Source: Lophium mytilinum
Taxonomy: Eukaryota
Reading direction: 5' to 3'
NCBI GenBank assembly: GCA_010093605.1
Contig: MU004181.1
Coordinates: 2,418,001 to 2,482,000 of the forward strand
Length of the DNA stretch: 64,000 bases
Shown: positions 41,071 to 53,900 of the stretch, in pieces
How positions within the stretch are numbered: the first letter of the stretch is position 1
Layout: every line of letters starts with the position of its first letter
The notes under the pieces: generated by a model
The model's database searches: none
What the model was told of the DNA's origin: nothing
The model's input: the letters and a program-made list of their open reading frames with translations, nothing else
Position numbers and translations under genes: made by a program

Positions 41071-41558
41071 TGTTGGTAGTTCGGTGGGTCGACGTGTAGA
41101 GAGGGTGGTTCTGAGGGATGTCGTTGTAGGTTCCTGAAGTAGGAGGTCTGTGGGGCACCGGCACTGCTTTTGTACGCGTTCGAAGAGCAGATTTGACCGT
41201 TTGTTAGTCGGCGAAGCCCTCCCTCTAAGGTGAATGACTACTTGGTTCTATGCTCCATGCTTCGGTTGGCCGTGGATGAGCGGGTGGGATCGGCTTTTGT
41301 CACGTGGATGCAGTGACTGTCTGCAAATGCTCATGAAACGAACGGACTGTAATGGATCAACAGTAATCGTCGACCTGAGAAACCCTAACTCAATCCGGTA
41401 GGTTCAGGCCTAGTGAAGTGAAGGTTTGTCTGTTTAGCGACTACGTCGTGAACAACGGGCGGTTAACAAGACAAACCATGACGCCCACGTAGGACCTAAC
41501 CCACCCGCCTCGCTTTATAAAAGCTCCAGTCCTTACAAGCGCTACAATTTAGCAACAT

Positions 41559-42589
41559 TTGCGTATTACTGATTTTCAACGGGGGCCCCTTTTCGAAGAC
41601 ACGATGACTGTCTATCTCAGTACCGGTGTTGACGGGTCGATGCTTCTTGAAGGGCCAACCATGACGGTAAGATGCTGGAACATTCATAATAAGCACACGG
41701 ATATTCCGAACGTACCAAAGCGCATGTGGACGTACTTCTCTCGCAACCCTGAGGGGCTCGAAGCGGACGACTGGTCAGAAGAGTTCGTGGATATCATGCC
41801 AAACCAAGGGAGCTTGCACAGTATCCGTAAGCGCGTTCCACCTGGATCAAAGTCGTTCTCTAACCATGACTTACTACTATAGGTTACATATTGAGCTGGA
41901 TCCTAGATATGTGCACGAACGGGGAACATGACCTGACGTTGCTCACGTGTGAAGACAATCTTCAGCTGTATGTCACGGCTGTTCATTGCAACTTCGGAAG
42001 GGCGGCCACATACCTCCTCGGATATCTTCACAATCACCTTTTTCGGGACTCGGTCCTTAACAACAACGATATATACAATCTGAGATTCCTTCCGGATAAC
42101 GATCCTCTGCTCAAGTGCGCAGCTCCCAGAATTTCGTCGTTGCCTTACTTCTCCTTCGAGGAATGTAGGTTCTCTTTGCTGTCGGATCCGCGAATGCTAT
42201 GTCTGGTCTATGAAGCAAATATGGAGCAGATGAAACATCAGACTGCCGAGGAGCGACAGCAAGAGGAATTCCTGGAGCGCTACAGGTGGCAAGAATCTTT
42301 AAAGGCTCGGAAAGAAAAGATTGACGATACTATTAGAACTTGGAAAGGCAAGCTGCCATGGAGAGAACTTGATTGGTATAGAGAGCAGCTACGAATCAGC
42401 CGTAACCCTAGGAAGGACGAATATGAGGATGGCCCTTGGTTACTCGGACAGAATGATGTATGGTTCAAGGGACAGTGGAGTGCAACTTGGACGAAGCACG
42501 GCGACGTTGAGCCGGTCATGGTGGATGGGATTCGGCGAGCCAAGCATGAGGGCGAGAGGATTCGAACGACGCGGCCGGAAGGTGTCTGA
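41559..42589 (+). CDS. Hypothetical protein, start uncertain
   Basis: Two adjacent ORFs (41559-41882 and 41891-42589) linked by a GTAAGC...TAG intron at about 41827-41882; no recognised family. Confidence 0.5.
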
Positions 42590-43256
42590 TCTTAAGAATA
42601 CTTTGGAATGTAGGCGAAGGCTTTGGGCTGATCTCACCGGGGTAGAATGTAATGGACGAATATGGGCGAGCCATTTGAAAGGAAAAGTATTCTATGGTAC
42701 TGTATGGGGCATCGATGCTTGCGGAGGGGTTGATTCTATGTCCGACTAGCAAACAGCAATCATTTGGAGAGTGATAAGGCCCGGTGGTCTGCCTTCTTGT
42801 GCTTCTTTCTCCTTATTTAGTGAGCTTGGATATAAGGAATTCGGTGGTGCTAGCTGGTCTTTTCGGAAATATTATCTGAGAGGTCTGTTAGCAGTGCAAC
42901 TCTCAAATCGACCTACTATTCCTGAGAACCATCCATTCACTGAATAGGCTGGGCCACCTACAGCAACTCGCTATAGGAGTAAATATATACCTTCACTGAA
43001 TTGTGCGCCCTATTTATACCTGGCCCCTATCGCGCTGCTGGCTTTCAACACACTTACAAACAATCCCGAAGCCTTGAGACCAAACGTCAGATAGCACTGG
43101 ACCACGTGGACGCCATTCTCCAGGACAAAATACTGAATACACTGACGGAACTCGAAAGATACTTGGCTGCAATCAAAACACATAATCTGAACCCTTTCCT
43201 CACTACCAACCGCCACGCAGAAAGCTACCACCACCAGATTGAGCTAGGAAGCCGAA

Positions 43257-44195
43257 ATGTCGTATTACCTTGAGTTTCCTGCCTCCGTGTACCCTCTTCC
43301 TACCAATATAATGGCGAAACCATATGCCCACATCTCCATCGGCACCAGGGATATTTCCTCCTTGCTCCCGAAATTGATTCCCATTCCGATGCTCCTCCAC
43401 TTCGCACCAGCCCTTCAAAAGTTCCTAGGGCCACCAGAGCCAGCTGATAGTCTCACGAACCGCATCCTCAAACCACACCAACGCCTCACTTTTCCCCAAG
43501 GCTCGGTGGGCAGGTATGGGGTCGAGGACATCATCAAGCGGATGATGCAGATTGCCGGCGGCTATACCCCCTCACTTTTCAAACCACCACGACCAAACTT
43601 AGACGCTGCAGTCCTGGTTCTAGAGGCCTGGATGATATTTGGACAGAAAGCAGTGGGTAGTGTACAGCTTAGAGACTATATCCTGAGTCGTCTTTATGCT
43701 GGACCGGTGGATGCGTACGACATCAAAGCAATATGGGAACACTTCCACCATGATAGCGATCTGGCGGAGGCTATGATATCAAATGTCGTCGAAAACTGGG
43801 CGAACGGCGAGCTTAGCGATAGAGAAAAGTTGATGATCATGCGCTATGCACAACCAAAGAAGGAGCTTGAGGAGAGAATCTTTCAGGCGAATACGGAGTT
43901 TCAAAAGAAGGTTGAAGCTCGAAAAGCCAATCGGCTTAGGCAATTTGAATGGAACGGCGAAGTCCGCACACAGCAGCCACTGTCTGCGCGGGTAAAAGAC
44001 ACTCGCGAACTGCACATCATTCCTCAATCAGGGCGATTGATTCCAAATCAGTCAGAGCAGACGGCGAGTCTTGACAATGACCGGGCTTCTCGAGAATCCT
44101 CCGTGGAGACTGTAGTCCATCGCCCAGAAAGCTCTTCGAATACCGGCGCATTAGTCAACGATAATAAGCCCATCAACCCTCGTCTCCTTTCGTGA
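43257..44195 (+). CDS. Hypothetical protein (possibly with a degenerate BTB-like N-terminus)
   Basis: Intronless 312-aa ORF with natural composition; the BTB-like assignment is weak. Confidence 0.55.
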   Translation: MSYYLEFPASVYPLPTNIMAKPYAHISIGTRDISSLLPKLIPIPMLLHFAPALQKFLGPPEPADSLTNRILKPHQRLTFPQGSVGRYGVEDIIKRMMQIAGGYTPSLFKPPRPNLDAAVLVLEAWMIFGQKAVGSVQLRDYILSRLYAGPVDAYDIKAIWEHFHHDSDLAEAMISNVVENWANGELSDREKLMIMRYAQPKKELEERIFQANTEFQKKVEARKANRLRQFEWNGEVRTQQPLSARVKDTRELHIIPQSGRLIPNQSEQTASLDNDRASRESSVETVVHRPESSSNTGALVNDNKPINPRLLS

Positions 44196-44530
44196 ACTGT
44201 GCGCCTGAGTCTGGGCACGGATTCAGTTGACAACAGCTCTAACCTGCGACCGCCAGATGATAGACCGGATCGGTAAAGGTGGACCGGGAAGCTTTTTGGA
44301 GGGTCGAATCGTAACATCAAAAGAAGTGCAGATTATTCGAAACTCATGCGGTGAAGTTGGAACATGGTGAGATTTTTGAGACTCACCTTGTAGGCTTGAT
44401 GCGACACCTAGAACACGAAGATTTTTGTGAGGCACATGCTATACAAAATTGGCGAATTACTGATACTGTTCAACAAGCTACTTCTAGTAGGAGGCCGTCT
44501 AAACTTTTAAGCCACACTTAATGTTCTTTT

Positions 44531-45664
44531 CTAGTCCTTATAGATTGGAATGCACCAGTACATTATCCCGTTTAGGATTGCGGCAGTGATGTCTCCGAGC
44601 CAATGCACGTAATGGTAGTCGAAACGTTCTTTTGAGATGTCAGATCACTGCGACAGAGAGTCAAGAGCATTCAAGCTTACCAGCTGCGGCCATGAGACCA
44701 AGACACCTGGCTGGATTCAGGGAAGCACCTGAAAAGCCCGGAGTGACAAAGCCGGTGGAAAAGGTACAAAGCCCTAGAGCGATTCCAACCAGGATTGGGG
44801 ATAGTGCCGGACCAAAAACCACGCGTTGTCGTGGATCGAGACCGACTCCGAAGGCTACAAATATCAAGGCGAAGGCAGTCATGAACTCAAAAGTATATGC
44901 TTGCCCAGCGTTGACCAGCGAGGTGTCAACATAGCACCCTGGTATCTTCTCCAGAGCGGCTGCAGGCAGACCCAGAGCAGCTCGCATTAAGAACCCGCCA
45001 ATGACGGCACCGCTACATTGAAAAGCAACGTACAATGTTGTGCGTGGTAAGGTTGCTAGTCTCGCAAAGAAGGTTGCGATTGTGATGAAAGGGTTGAAAT
45101 GCCCACCTGAAAAGTAATTAAGCTACGAGAAAGAGCAAGCTGGACTGGCAATGTCCCTTACCAGAAACGGGCCCTCCGGCAAAAATGAACAGTGATATGA
45201 GGACTGTGTTTGCAATGGCTCCAATAGTTGCTGGCAACAAAGGGCCTAGAGACGTTTCTGTGATGGCGGAGGATAACCCGAGGGAGAAAAGGCCAGAAAG
45301 AAATATCTGCAAGCCAGTCCCCACGCCTTCGATGGTTGCTTCTTTCCATAGTTCTAGGTCAGAGAAGCCCCGCGGGTCGATGCTTGCGTGCCATGAGAAA
45401 TATGTAGCTGCATCGGGTGCCTTTCTGGTTATGGATTCAAATTGAGACTGCAGTGGCCGACCCACGATTAGCTTTGTTCGCGTTGTTCTCGAGGTCAGTT
45501 GCTCCTACATCGTCACGAGAGACGGTGAACTGCTGGTTACCACCAATACGCCCAGCGAATGGGCGAGACACCGTGTTATGCAAACCCTGCTGCTCGACAT
45601 CTCTAGTAGCTTCAGGGGCCCCTGTGGATTCGAGGGAGTGGACGTGCTTGCGTGAGGTTGACAT
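44531..45664 (-). CDS. Major intrinsic protein (aquaporin), XIP-type
   Basis: SRPFAGRIGGNQ N-terminus, LWKEATIEGVGT, loop B SGGHFNPFIT, loop E GASLNPARC, YHYVHWLGD; three introns including about 45448-45508; stop at 44531-44533. Confidence 0.88.
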
Positions 45665-46096
45665 GGTGAAGGGAATCTGAAGATAGAGGTTGCAAATAAA
45701 CTATGGGAGAACTAGTCGACAATGAGAGAAGGATGGCGATGTAGGACTGGCCGTGGAAGTATTCCGTGCTCCATGACGAAGCACAACGGAGAGGCTTACT
45801 GAAGTATTCAAATCACGCTAAGTGCTTCATCCCAATTGCTAGCGAAATTGGCTTACTGCTGTGAGGGTTTGCTTAATTGCTGGCTTAGTAAAATGTACAT
45901 AAGGAGTTGTGCCGATCGAGAAGACCTCCGGAGCGATCTCGACCTCGGATGGGAGACAGGGGGGCCTGGAGATTCTCTTGGCATAACGCCATCCACATCT
46001 GGACTAGTGCCTCTCGCTAAACTTTAATCCACCCCACAGCGCGGTGTTCGTTGGAAAAACCACCGCGACATCGACACTCTCGACACCACCGCCATC

Positions 46097-46924
46097 ATGT
46101 CGTCGCCCTCGTTGAACAAGATTGCGGCCAACAGCCCGTCCAAGACGAAGCCCTCCGAGATCGAGACCAGCATCGCCAATGCTCTCTACGACCTCGAGAC
46201 CAACATCCCGGACATGAAGAGCTCCCTGCGACCTCTGCAGTTCGTCTCTGCTCGCGAGGTAAGATGAACCACTACCTTCAGAAACAGGAAACAGCCTCCC
46301 AGTCGATCCAATGCGCCGCCGGCGTCAGAAACCGTGGCGTTGCGGACGATGGGGTCAGGTTGAATATCGAAGAGGCGGTGGGCACTGGGCAGCTTCAGCA
46401 CGCTGACACCAGGATTCTTTAGATCGAGGTTGGCCACGGCAGGAAGGCGATTGTCATCTTCGTCCCTGTTCCCACGCTCCAGGGCTGGCACAAGTCTCAG
46501 CAGCGGTACGTATTTCCCCGGCTCAAATTTGGCCAGCGCTTGACTGACCTTTGACAGCCTCACCCGCGAGCTCGAGAAGAAGTTCTCCGACCGTCACGTC
46601 CTGATCATCGCCTCCCGCCGCATTCTCCCCCGACCCAAGCGCTCCAACCGCTCGCGTACTACCCAGACGCAGAAGCGCCCACGTTCGCGAACCCTGACCG
46701 CTGTGCACGACGCCATTCTCCACGACCTCGTATACCCTGTCGAGATCGTCGGCAAGCGCATCCGCACCCGCGAGGACGGCAGCAAGATTCTCAAGATCGT
46801 GCTCGATGAAAAGGAACGTGGTGGTGTTGACTACAGGCTGGACACCTACTCGGAGGTCTACAAGCGGTTGACCGGCAAGGGCGTCAACTTCGAGTTCCCC
46901 CAGAGTGCTCCTACGGACTATTAG
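46097..46924 (+). CDS. RPS7: 40S ribosomal protein S7 (eS7)
   Basis: [75 protein letters not shown]; introns 46259-46422 and about 46506-46557; strong codon bias. Confidence 0.96.
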
Positions 46925-47157
46925 ATGGGTATTTGACGGGGTGCAGGTTAGGACGGGGGCAATGTACTCGACACAAAAGCTACTCGGCATGAAATCCATT
47001 GTGCCACAATACCAAGACGGTTCAGACTTCTTCATATTTGTTCGGCTATATGCAATTGTGATGTTCTTTTTGATTCATCTAAGTCCTGCTGACATATGAC
47101 TTCTCCCACCTTATAAAGTTCCATCGCAGCACGTCGTCGTATTCTGGCCGAGGTTCC

Positions 47158-48026
47158 TCATTGCCTGTCCAGCTCGGGATAATGGCGGAAAATACCCTGG
47201 CCGTAAGGCAGCCTCCTCTCGCTAGCTAAATACTCCTTGAGGTGTTCTTGCTCTTTTACCGCTGGGTAAAATGTATCAAACAGCAGGGGATAGTCCGCTT
47301 TCCGCGCTTCGATTTCTTTCGGGAAGGCAAACTGCAATCCATTTACAACATGCCACAGCGTCGTATCAGCAAACGTCAGCTTCTCTCCGACCAAATGTTT
47401 GCCCTGCCCAGCCTTCTCGTTGCTCTTTAGCACACGCTCAAAGAACGAAAAGAATTTAGGAATTCGGATTTCGCGGACGTTCTTTGCTTTCTTGAGGGCC
47501 TCTTCTTTCTGGTCTGGGTGACGTTAGCGATGCGGGGTTACTCCTACTCGCACGAGCTAATCCTAGCCTATGTGAGGATTCCGTATGTTGTAGATAGCCT
47601 ACCTTCATAGTAAAGTATATTCGCAATGGGGTGGTGCGAGTCGTGGGCTTCGTTGTTCAAGTCCAAGGCCGTGAGGGCGTAAGCATTGACAGCCCACTTG
47701 TCCGCCTCCTCGCTGCCCGCCAGTCCTAGCTTTTCCCCTAGATATAGCAGGATGTTCGGTGTCTGGTATAGCACCAGCTCGGCACCATCTTTGCCCTCTC
47801 CGGCCACCTTTAGCAGTGGAGGTGCGAAGGCTGGGTTTGTCTCGGAATTGAGGGCGTCCATGACAGGGCCTCGGTCAGGCTTAGGTCTATTGCAGATGTC
47901 GGTGTATGGCGTTGCGGTAGCTTCGAGCACGAGACGGATGAACTCGCCACGGCCGGGGAGGGTGGGCCAGTAGACGAGGGTATAGAGAGGCGTCGTGCGG
48001 GCTTTCTTGGCTGAGGGCTCAGACAT
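47158..48026 (-). CDS. Glutathione S-transferase
   Basis: YTLVYWPTLPGRGEFIRL, FAPPLL, QTPNILLYLG, DLNNEAHDSHHPI, LTFADTTLW, GLQFAFP and IFRHYPELD; one intron about 47514-47601. Confidence 0.9.
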
Positions 48027-48368
48027 GGTGATGCAAATGGAGTGAAAGAGGGCGATGGAGGGAGGACGAGTGTTCTAGACAATGTCAACGTTGTTTCTCG
48101 TCAATGCGTGCTGTACTTATCAGATGTCTTAATAGCTGTCTCGGGATTGAAGTAGAAAGAGTGTGATGCCCCATCGGTACCGAAAAGGGGATCCATTCCA
48201 TCATGCTGGGAGGGGCAGCAAATGATCATTGACAGGGATATATTGGGCCGTGCACTACTCCAAACCAACGGTTGTTTTTGAGCTGCCTGACTGCCTTCAG
48301 CCCTCTTCTACACCAAACACCTCGCCCACTCTGCCCTGGGCTTCACTACTTACCATCTTTTACCCAGT

Positions 48369-50400
48369 ATGAACGGGTACATGGATAGTAGCGCCGTTCT
48401 GGCCCAGATCGAGGGCTTCAAAAAGTCGGACGGCGACCGTGAATCCCTGCTAATGGTATGCCTCACTCTACAAATTCTCCGCTGCACGACACAAGCTAAC
48501 GTCAGCTACAGAAACTTATTAAACAGCTCGAAGACCTGAAGGAGAAGTACGAGGAGAAGTGCGACGACCATGAAAATGAGAGACAGTCCCGAAGGAGATT
48601 ACAACGCAACTGCGACGATATGAAGGCACAGGTTCGTATCTGCCCGCTCAGCTACACGTTGGACTATGCTAACTCACCCAAAGCTCACTTCTGCGAGACA
48701 AACTATGGAGTCGAGCCCCTTCGTTCTAGCGCTCATAGACGGAGATGGTCTAATAGTGAGTGACCTCCACACTACGCACAACTTGCTCTCCATACTGATA
48801 TTTCCTCTCTTCCTAGTTCCAAGACATGCTCCTCAGCGCCGGACGCGAGGGCGGAAGCGATGCTGCTCATCGACTAAACGCTGCTATTCGGACACATATA
48901 CTTAGTTTGTACGAGAACGCGGGCCAATGGGCGATTATGGTACAGATATTTGCGAACTTCGAGGGCCTCTCCCACAAGCTAGCTTCACTCAATATCATAA
49001 AGTACCCGACCGAGTTGAACGCGTTTGCGCAGTCGTTCAGTCTCAACCAACCCCTGTTCAGTTTCGTGGATGTAGGCAGAGGCAAGGAGAGAGCCGATGT
49101 ACGTGTCTGCCTGAGAGCCAATTAAATACTCAACCATGCTAATCAATCCACAGCATAAGATCAAAGGTACGCTTATAGCATCCCTTTCCTAAACTCTTCT
49201 CCTTCCAACTATGTGATACTGCGAAAATCTACCTGTTAGCGTGGAAACTTTGGTCAAATGCTGGCTGGATTATGCAGAGCAGCTTTGTTCTAAGGTTGTA
49301 CACAAGTTGCCCCAAACTTCTCTTTTTCTTCCCTCAGCACGAATTCTACCGCTTATCTCCTTCCTCTGTCTACTTTACACGCGTTTCTATTTTCTCGGGT
49401 CATATTCACTTGCCATCCACGGGACGAAAACCACGCTATCACGTGATGATTTACTAACATGCATGGCAGAGACTTTACGAGTGTTCATCGTGAACCCTTC
49501 TTGCAAACATATATTGTTCGCTGGATGCCATGATTACGGATACCTACCAAATCTGGAGCCCTACAAGCATGATCCAGCCATGTCATCCCGAATCACGCTG
49601 GTGGAATCTACCCCAGCCCAGCCTGTTTACTCCAGCCTAAATATGAAGATCATCAGCTTCGACGATATCTTCCGTAACACTCCTCTACCAGAGCGGGCAT
49701 TTATGCCAATGCAACAGCTTAAAAGCTCACTCCCACCCACCCAGCCAAGTTCAGTAGCTACGGCGCCACCACCTGTTCAGCCACCGCCTGTTCAGCCACC
49801 GCCTGTACGTGCACCTGTTATTGCGCAGCCTGTTGCTAAGAGCCCAACTCCTCCTGCGGATTCCACCTGGGCCAGTGTCGGAAAGACTGGTATCACCGAG
49901 AAGAAGATTTCTATTGCATCAAACAAAACACCTCGGAGATACATCGTCTTCAATGCAGACGGCGAGCGACTCGATCTTCCAATTGCAAAAGCGGACCGTG
50001 CGTCCCAGGACAGTCTTCATCAGCGCATCAAGAAGGGGAAAGTGTGCAACGACTATCATCTCAAGGGCAGGTGCGAGAACATCGGCTGCCCTTACTCGCA
50101 CGCGCCTAGGCTCACGCAGATGGAGACGCTCGTGCTGCGGAACAAGGCTCGCGGACTCTCGTGTGTTCAGGGCAGCGACTGTTTCGACTTTAATTGTTAT
50201 TTTGGACATGTATGTGCTAACTACTATTGTGACGGAGGCCCTCAATGCTACTTCGGTCACAGGCACAAGGATCAAATGGATACTGTAGGTTATACTCTAT
50301 TACTCAATATCCTGCAAAGAAGAAACTAATTGAATAACAGGCACCTGCCAAGAAGTATTACGAAGACGGAACAGAGGAGGATGTGCCTTACCCTGGGTAG
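48369..50400 (+). CDS. CCCH zinc-finger protein with an N-terminal coiled coil and a central LIDGDG-type domain
   Basis: Multi-exon; PFVLALIDGDG, FVDVGRGKERAD|HKIK|E, CKHILFAGCHDYGY, and C-terminal CNDYHLKGRC..GCPYSH and C..GSDC....CYFGH; last exon 50341-50400. Confidence 0.85.
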
Positions 50401-50965
50401 TAAATTTGTGCGGGACTATGATGGTGCTTACACCTTTAGCTCTTGCTTGATTATATGATGGTCTCTTGGTTGCGGTGGGCGGTTTTGGTATAAGCTGTTA
50501 ACATAATTTAGCAAGCGGAAAACTACGTCGGGGAAGTAAGTAATTAGCTCTCTAGTAAGCCGCCAAACCTCTCTTTCGTACTTACATCTTCCATGCTTCA
50601 TGTGTCATTAACATTGGACTAACTCCTTCGCTAACCCATCACGTGAGTATATGCGTAGTAAAAACGTAGGTAAGTTTCGGTATTCTGTGACATAGTAGTC
50701 AAACCTCTCCTTAGATTTCTCCAGCCCTTAGATAGAATCCAAAATCCACCTTCCCATATACCCCGTAAACACTCCCCCGCTAAAGACCAGACATATCAGA
50801 CACTCCCCCAACTAACCCCCCATATTTCTTTATAATCCGAAAAATGTTATCAGACGTCCATTCCCATATGCACGTTTTCTAGATCCGAAATCCACACGTT
50901 ATACACCTAACACTCCTTACTCCTTTAGATACCACCCGTGCCCGCTTCTCCCCGTTCCACTACTG

Positions 50966-53900
50966 TTACGACCCCATCCCACCCCCTTCATCCATCACAT
51001 CTCCCGTCCCCACATGCGGCCCACCAAACCCCCACGCATCGCCCGCGAAAACGCCGTCGTCGCCCAGCGTGGGCGGCTCCATATTGAACGGCATGAACCA
51101 CGCCATGCTCTGGTCGGGAAAGAAGCCGTTCCCCATACCACCCGTATTCGGCATACCCCCGAGATCCAGGTTCCAGAGATCCGGGGCGGCCGAGCCCGCG
51201 AACGCGGAGAGATCGAGCGGAAGGAGCGAGTTGGTCGCCGTGGCGTGGTTCATGAGGCCGATGTTCTGGGCATGTGACTGCGGCGGTTGCGGCTGGCCCG
51301 GGATCTGGGCAAAGGGCGTGGGGAACGACGCGTTGGCGGGGTTGGAGGCGTAGTACGCCGGGTCGAAGTTCTCGACGACGTCGGGCTGGAGGCGCATTTG
51401 GTGGAGGTCTTGTGGCGGGTGTTGGAGGGGCGTGTGCTGGGAAGGTGAGAGCTGGGGTTGGAGCTGAGCGGTGGCGTCGATGGAAGGAAGGTCATCGGTC
51501 TTGGGTTTGGCTTGTTTCTTCTTTTTCGCCATCTTGCGCTGGTGTTCTGCCCGAGATGGTGGCGAGAGGCTTGCGAAGAACTCTTCGACGCTTTGTAGGT
51601 CGGATTTCTGGCCGAGGACGGCGTCAGTGCCCGGCTCTCTCTTGACCTTGGTAGCTGGGTCTTCGTAGTCGGTGTTGGAGACGCCGTGGGGATAGCGGTC
51701 AAACCAGTCGCCGTATTGGAAGATCTGCTCCTGTCCTTTGCTGTTGCCTGCGGCAGGTCCCCGCAAGGCTGCATCGGCGTGCTGCCGATATAAGTCTTTC
51801 AAGTTCTCTGCAATGTAATGAAACATGCCCCAGTACTTCTTCATTTTGGTCAGATACTTGACGTTACTAGCCAAGTATTTCTTCGATTGCTCTTCCAGTT
51901 GTGGGTTTTTGCTGAACACCCCTCGAATGTGAATAGTGCTTGAAAAGAAGGCCGAGTATCCCACAAATGGAGCGACGACGTTGTGGTCCATGGACGCGCT
52001 GATCACAATGGAAACTTGTTCTGCGGCTTCTAAGGCATTACGCGCGGCTTCGGCGAGGAATTCCTGTGGTACTTCGTTCGGAGTATGGGCTCCAGAATCA
52101 GCCAAACGGGAGGTTCTACGCAATTTGGGAATGCTGTCCCCACTCGCGGTAGATGGGCGAGCGAACCGATTCAGGAAAAGAACGCTCTGGTAGTACAGGA
52201 TATGCAGGTATAGCAGCTGGTTTGCAGATCCCTCAATGGCGTGGCTCTTGAGATTCTCCTCGTTATGATGCAGGGTTTCCGGTAACGTTTCCTTGAATTT
52301 CTGAAGTCGGCCCTTGATGCAATTGAAAGTAGATTCGGGATCCCATGTCGGTACCGTCTCCCTTTCTAGCCCGCCAAGATTTAGGTATTTGATCAGCTCG
52401 CCCCATATCGAAACCAAGCGAATCAAATATGCCATGACTCCCATATTGGCCGTCGTGTCCGTCAGCTGCTCCGAATTTGACGTAGAAGCACCACCGTCCA
52501 GATCTTCAGTAGACCCTGCGATTTCATCAATGTACAGTTGCTCTTTAACCGGCAACTGAACCTGGATGAACTGTTCATTAACGAACAGTGGGCGCTCTGT
52601 GCCAGAAGAGTTGAATCGATCCATGAGGAAGCACGACCACATTGTTCTTCTTCTTATTTCTCGATCGATGAAGCTGAGCTTCTTCCTCTCTCCATTCTCG
52701 CCACCTAGTGGGTCGTAATCGAGGTCCCTATGAAGTTGCAAGGCATAGGCCATTCTCTGCGCCATACCTCCGAACATCCAGCTTCGGCCTCCTTGGCACG
52801 TTCCAAACTCATGTAGCCCGAGTAAGAGATACACTATCAGAATCGTAATATTGGGGGCGTCGTATCGTTTGAGGGCTATCTCGCGGGCTTTCGTGGCCCA
52901 CTCTTCGCCTCGAAGAAATGCAGGCTCTGTCCGAAGCTGTGGATGGGTCGAGAATCTTGCGGAAATGGCACATATTGCCAGTGTTAAGACTGGAGGGACG
53001 TTCCCAGCAGCTAGCCTGCGCATAAAGCTGGGTTTGTGAAGAAGAGGGTAGCTCTGGCCGTATACGAAGTCAAAATAGACTTCGGCGAGATGTTCTTGCA
53101 TCTCTTTTGATGGAAGGCTTTCCACTCCCTCGGTAAGTAGCTTGCCTTCCTCCGTAGTCCGTGCTTTTGATGTTGCCGTCGCATTCTCTTCAACTTGCTT
53201 GGAGGCACCCGATTTCGACCAGTCTTCCAGGTCATTCCCAAACGCTTCGTCCGCCGCCCGTTTCTTAGTAGCCGAAGGCTTCGGAACGGTGCCGGGGAGA
53301 GGTGGTTTGACGACTGACCTCCCCATCGGTGGGACAGATCCGGCGTTTTCCTTTGGGATCAGCTTTATCACCCGATCTTCCATTCTTTTAAGTCGTTTGT
53401 CCAGCATGGCCATATAGTCGGTCCTCGGCGCAGCTTTGCGGGTGGTAACTTTGTAGACGCAAGGTATGCGTGATCGCAAACAGTGTCTGCAAGCAGGCTT
53501 CTCTCCAGAGCATCTGATCTTCTTCCTCCGACAGGCGATGCAGGCTAAAGGAAGCCGTTTCCGCTCCTTGCCCGCTTTAGTCTTCATTTCGCTCCATGGC
53601 GGTGGCTCCAGATTGCCGTCCTTGTCCTTTATCGAGCCTTCGCCTCCGTCTCCGCTGACACTGCCATCAGCTCTAGTCCCCATCGAGTCGTTCATTGTCT
53701 CTCCTACTCCCATGACGCTTAGCCCCAGACCACTCTCTGGACTTGTGTTTTGGTCCAAACCATCTCTTTGCTGACTGAAGTCTCCGATGGTGCTAGTGCT
53801 CAGTCGGTGCTGTATGCCAGATGCAACAGAGCCTGGGCCTTCGCTGAAATTCGAGACAGGTGTACGGTGCTGGGTGAAGGAATGGCTCTTCGTCGCCGGG

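Noticed and set aside
45437..45520. Apparent frameshift in the aquaporin N-terminus
   Set aside because: Explained by an intron (GTAGGA...GCTAAT...TGCAG) that restores DD|SQFESITRKAPDA.
46259..46422. Long first intron of RPS7 as a possible snoRNA host
   Set aside because: No convincing box C/D pair or H/ACA layout; only short complementary stretches (CCCAGT/ACTGGG).
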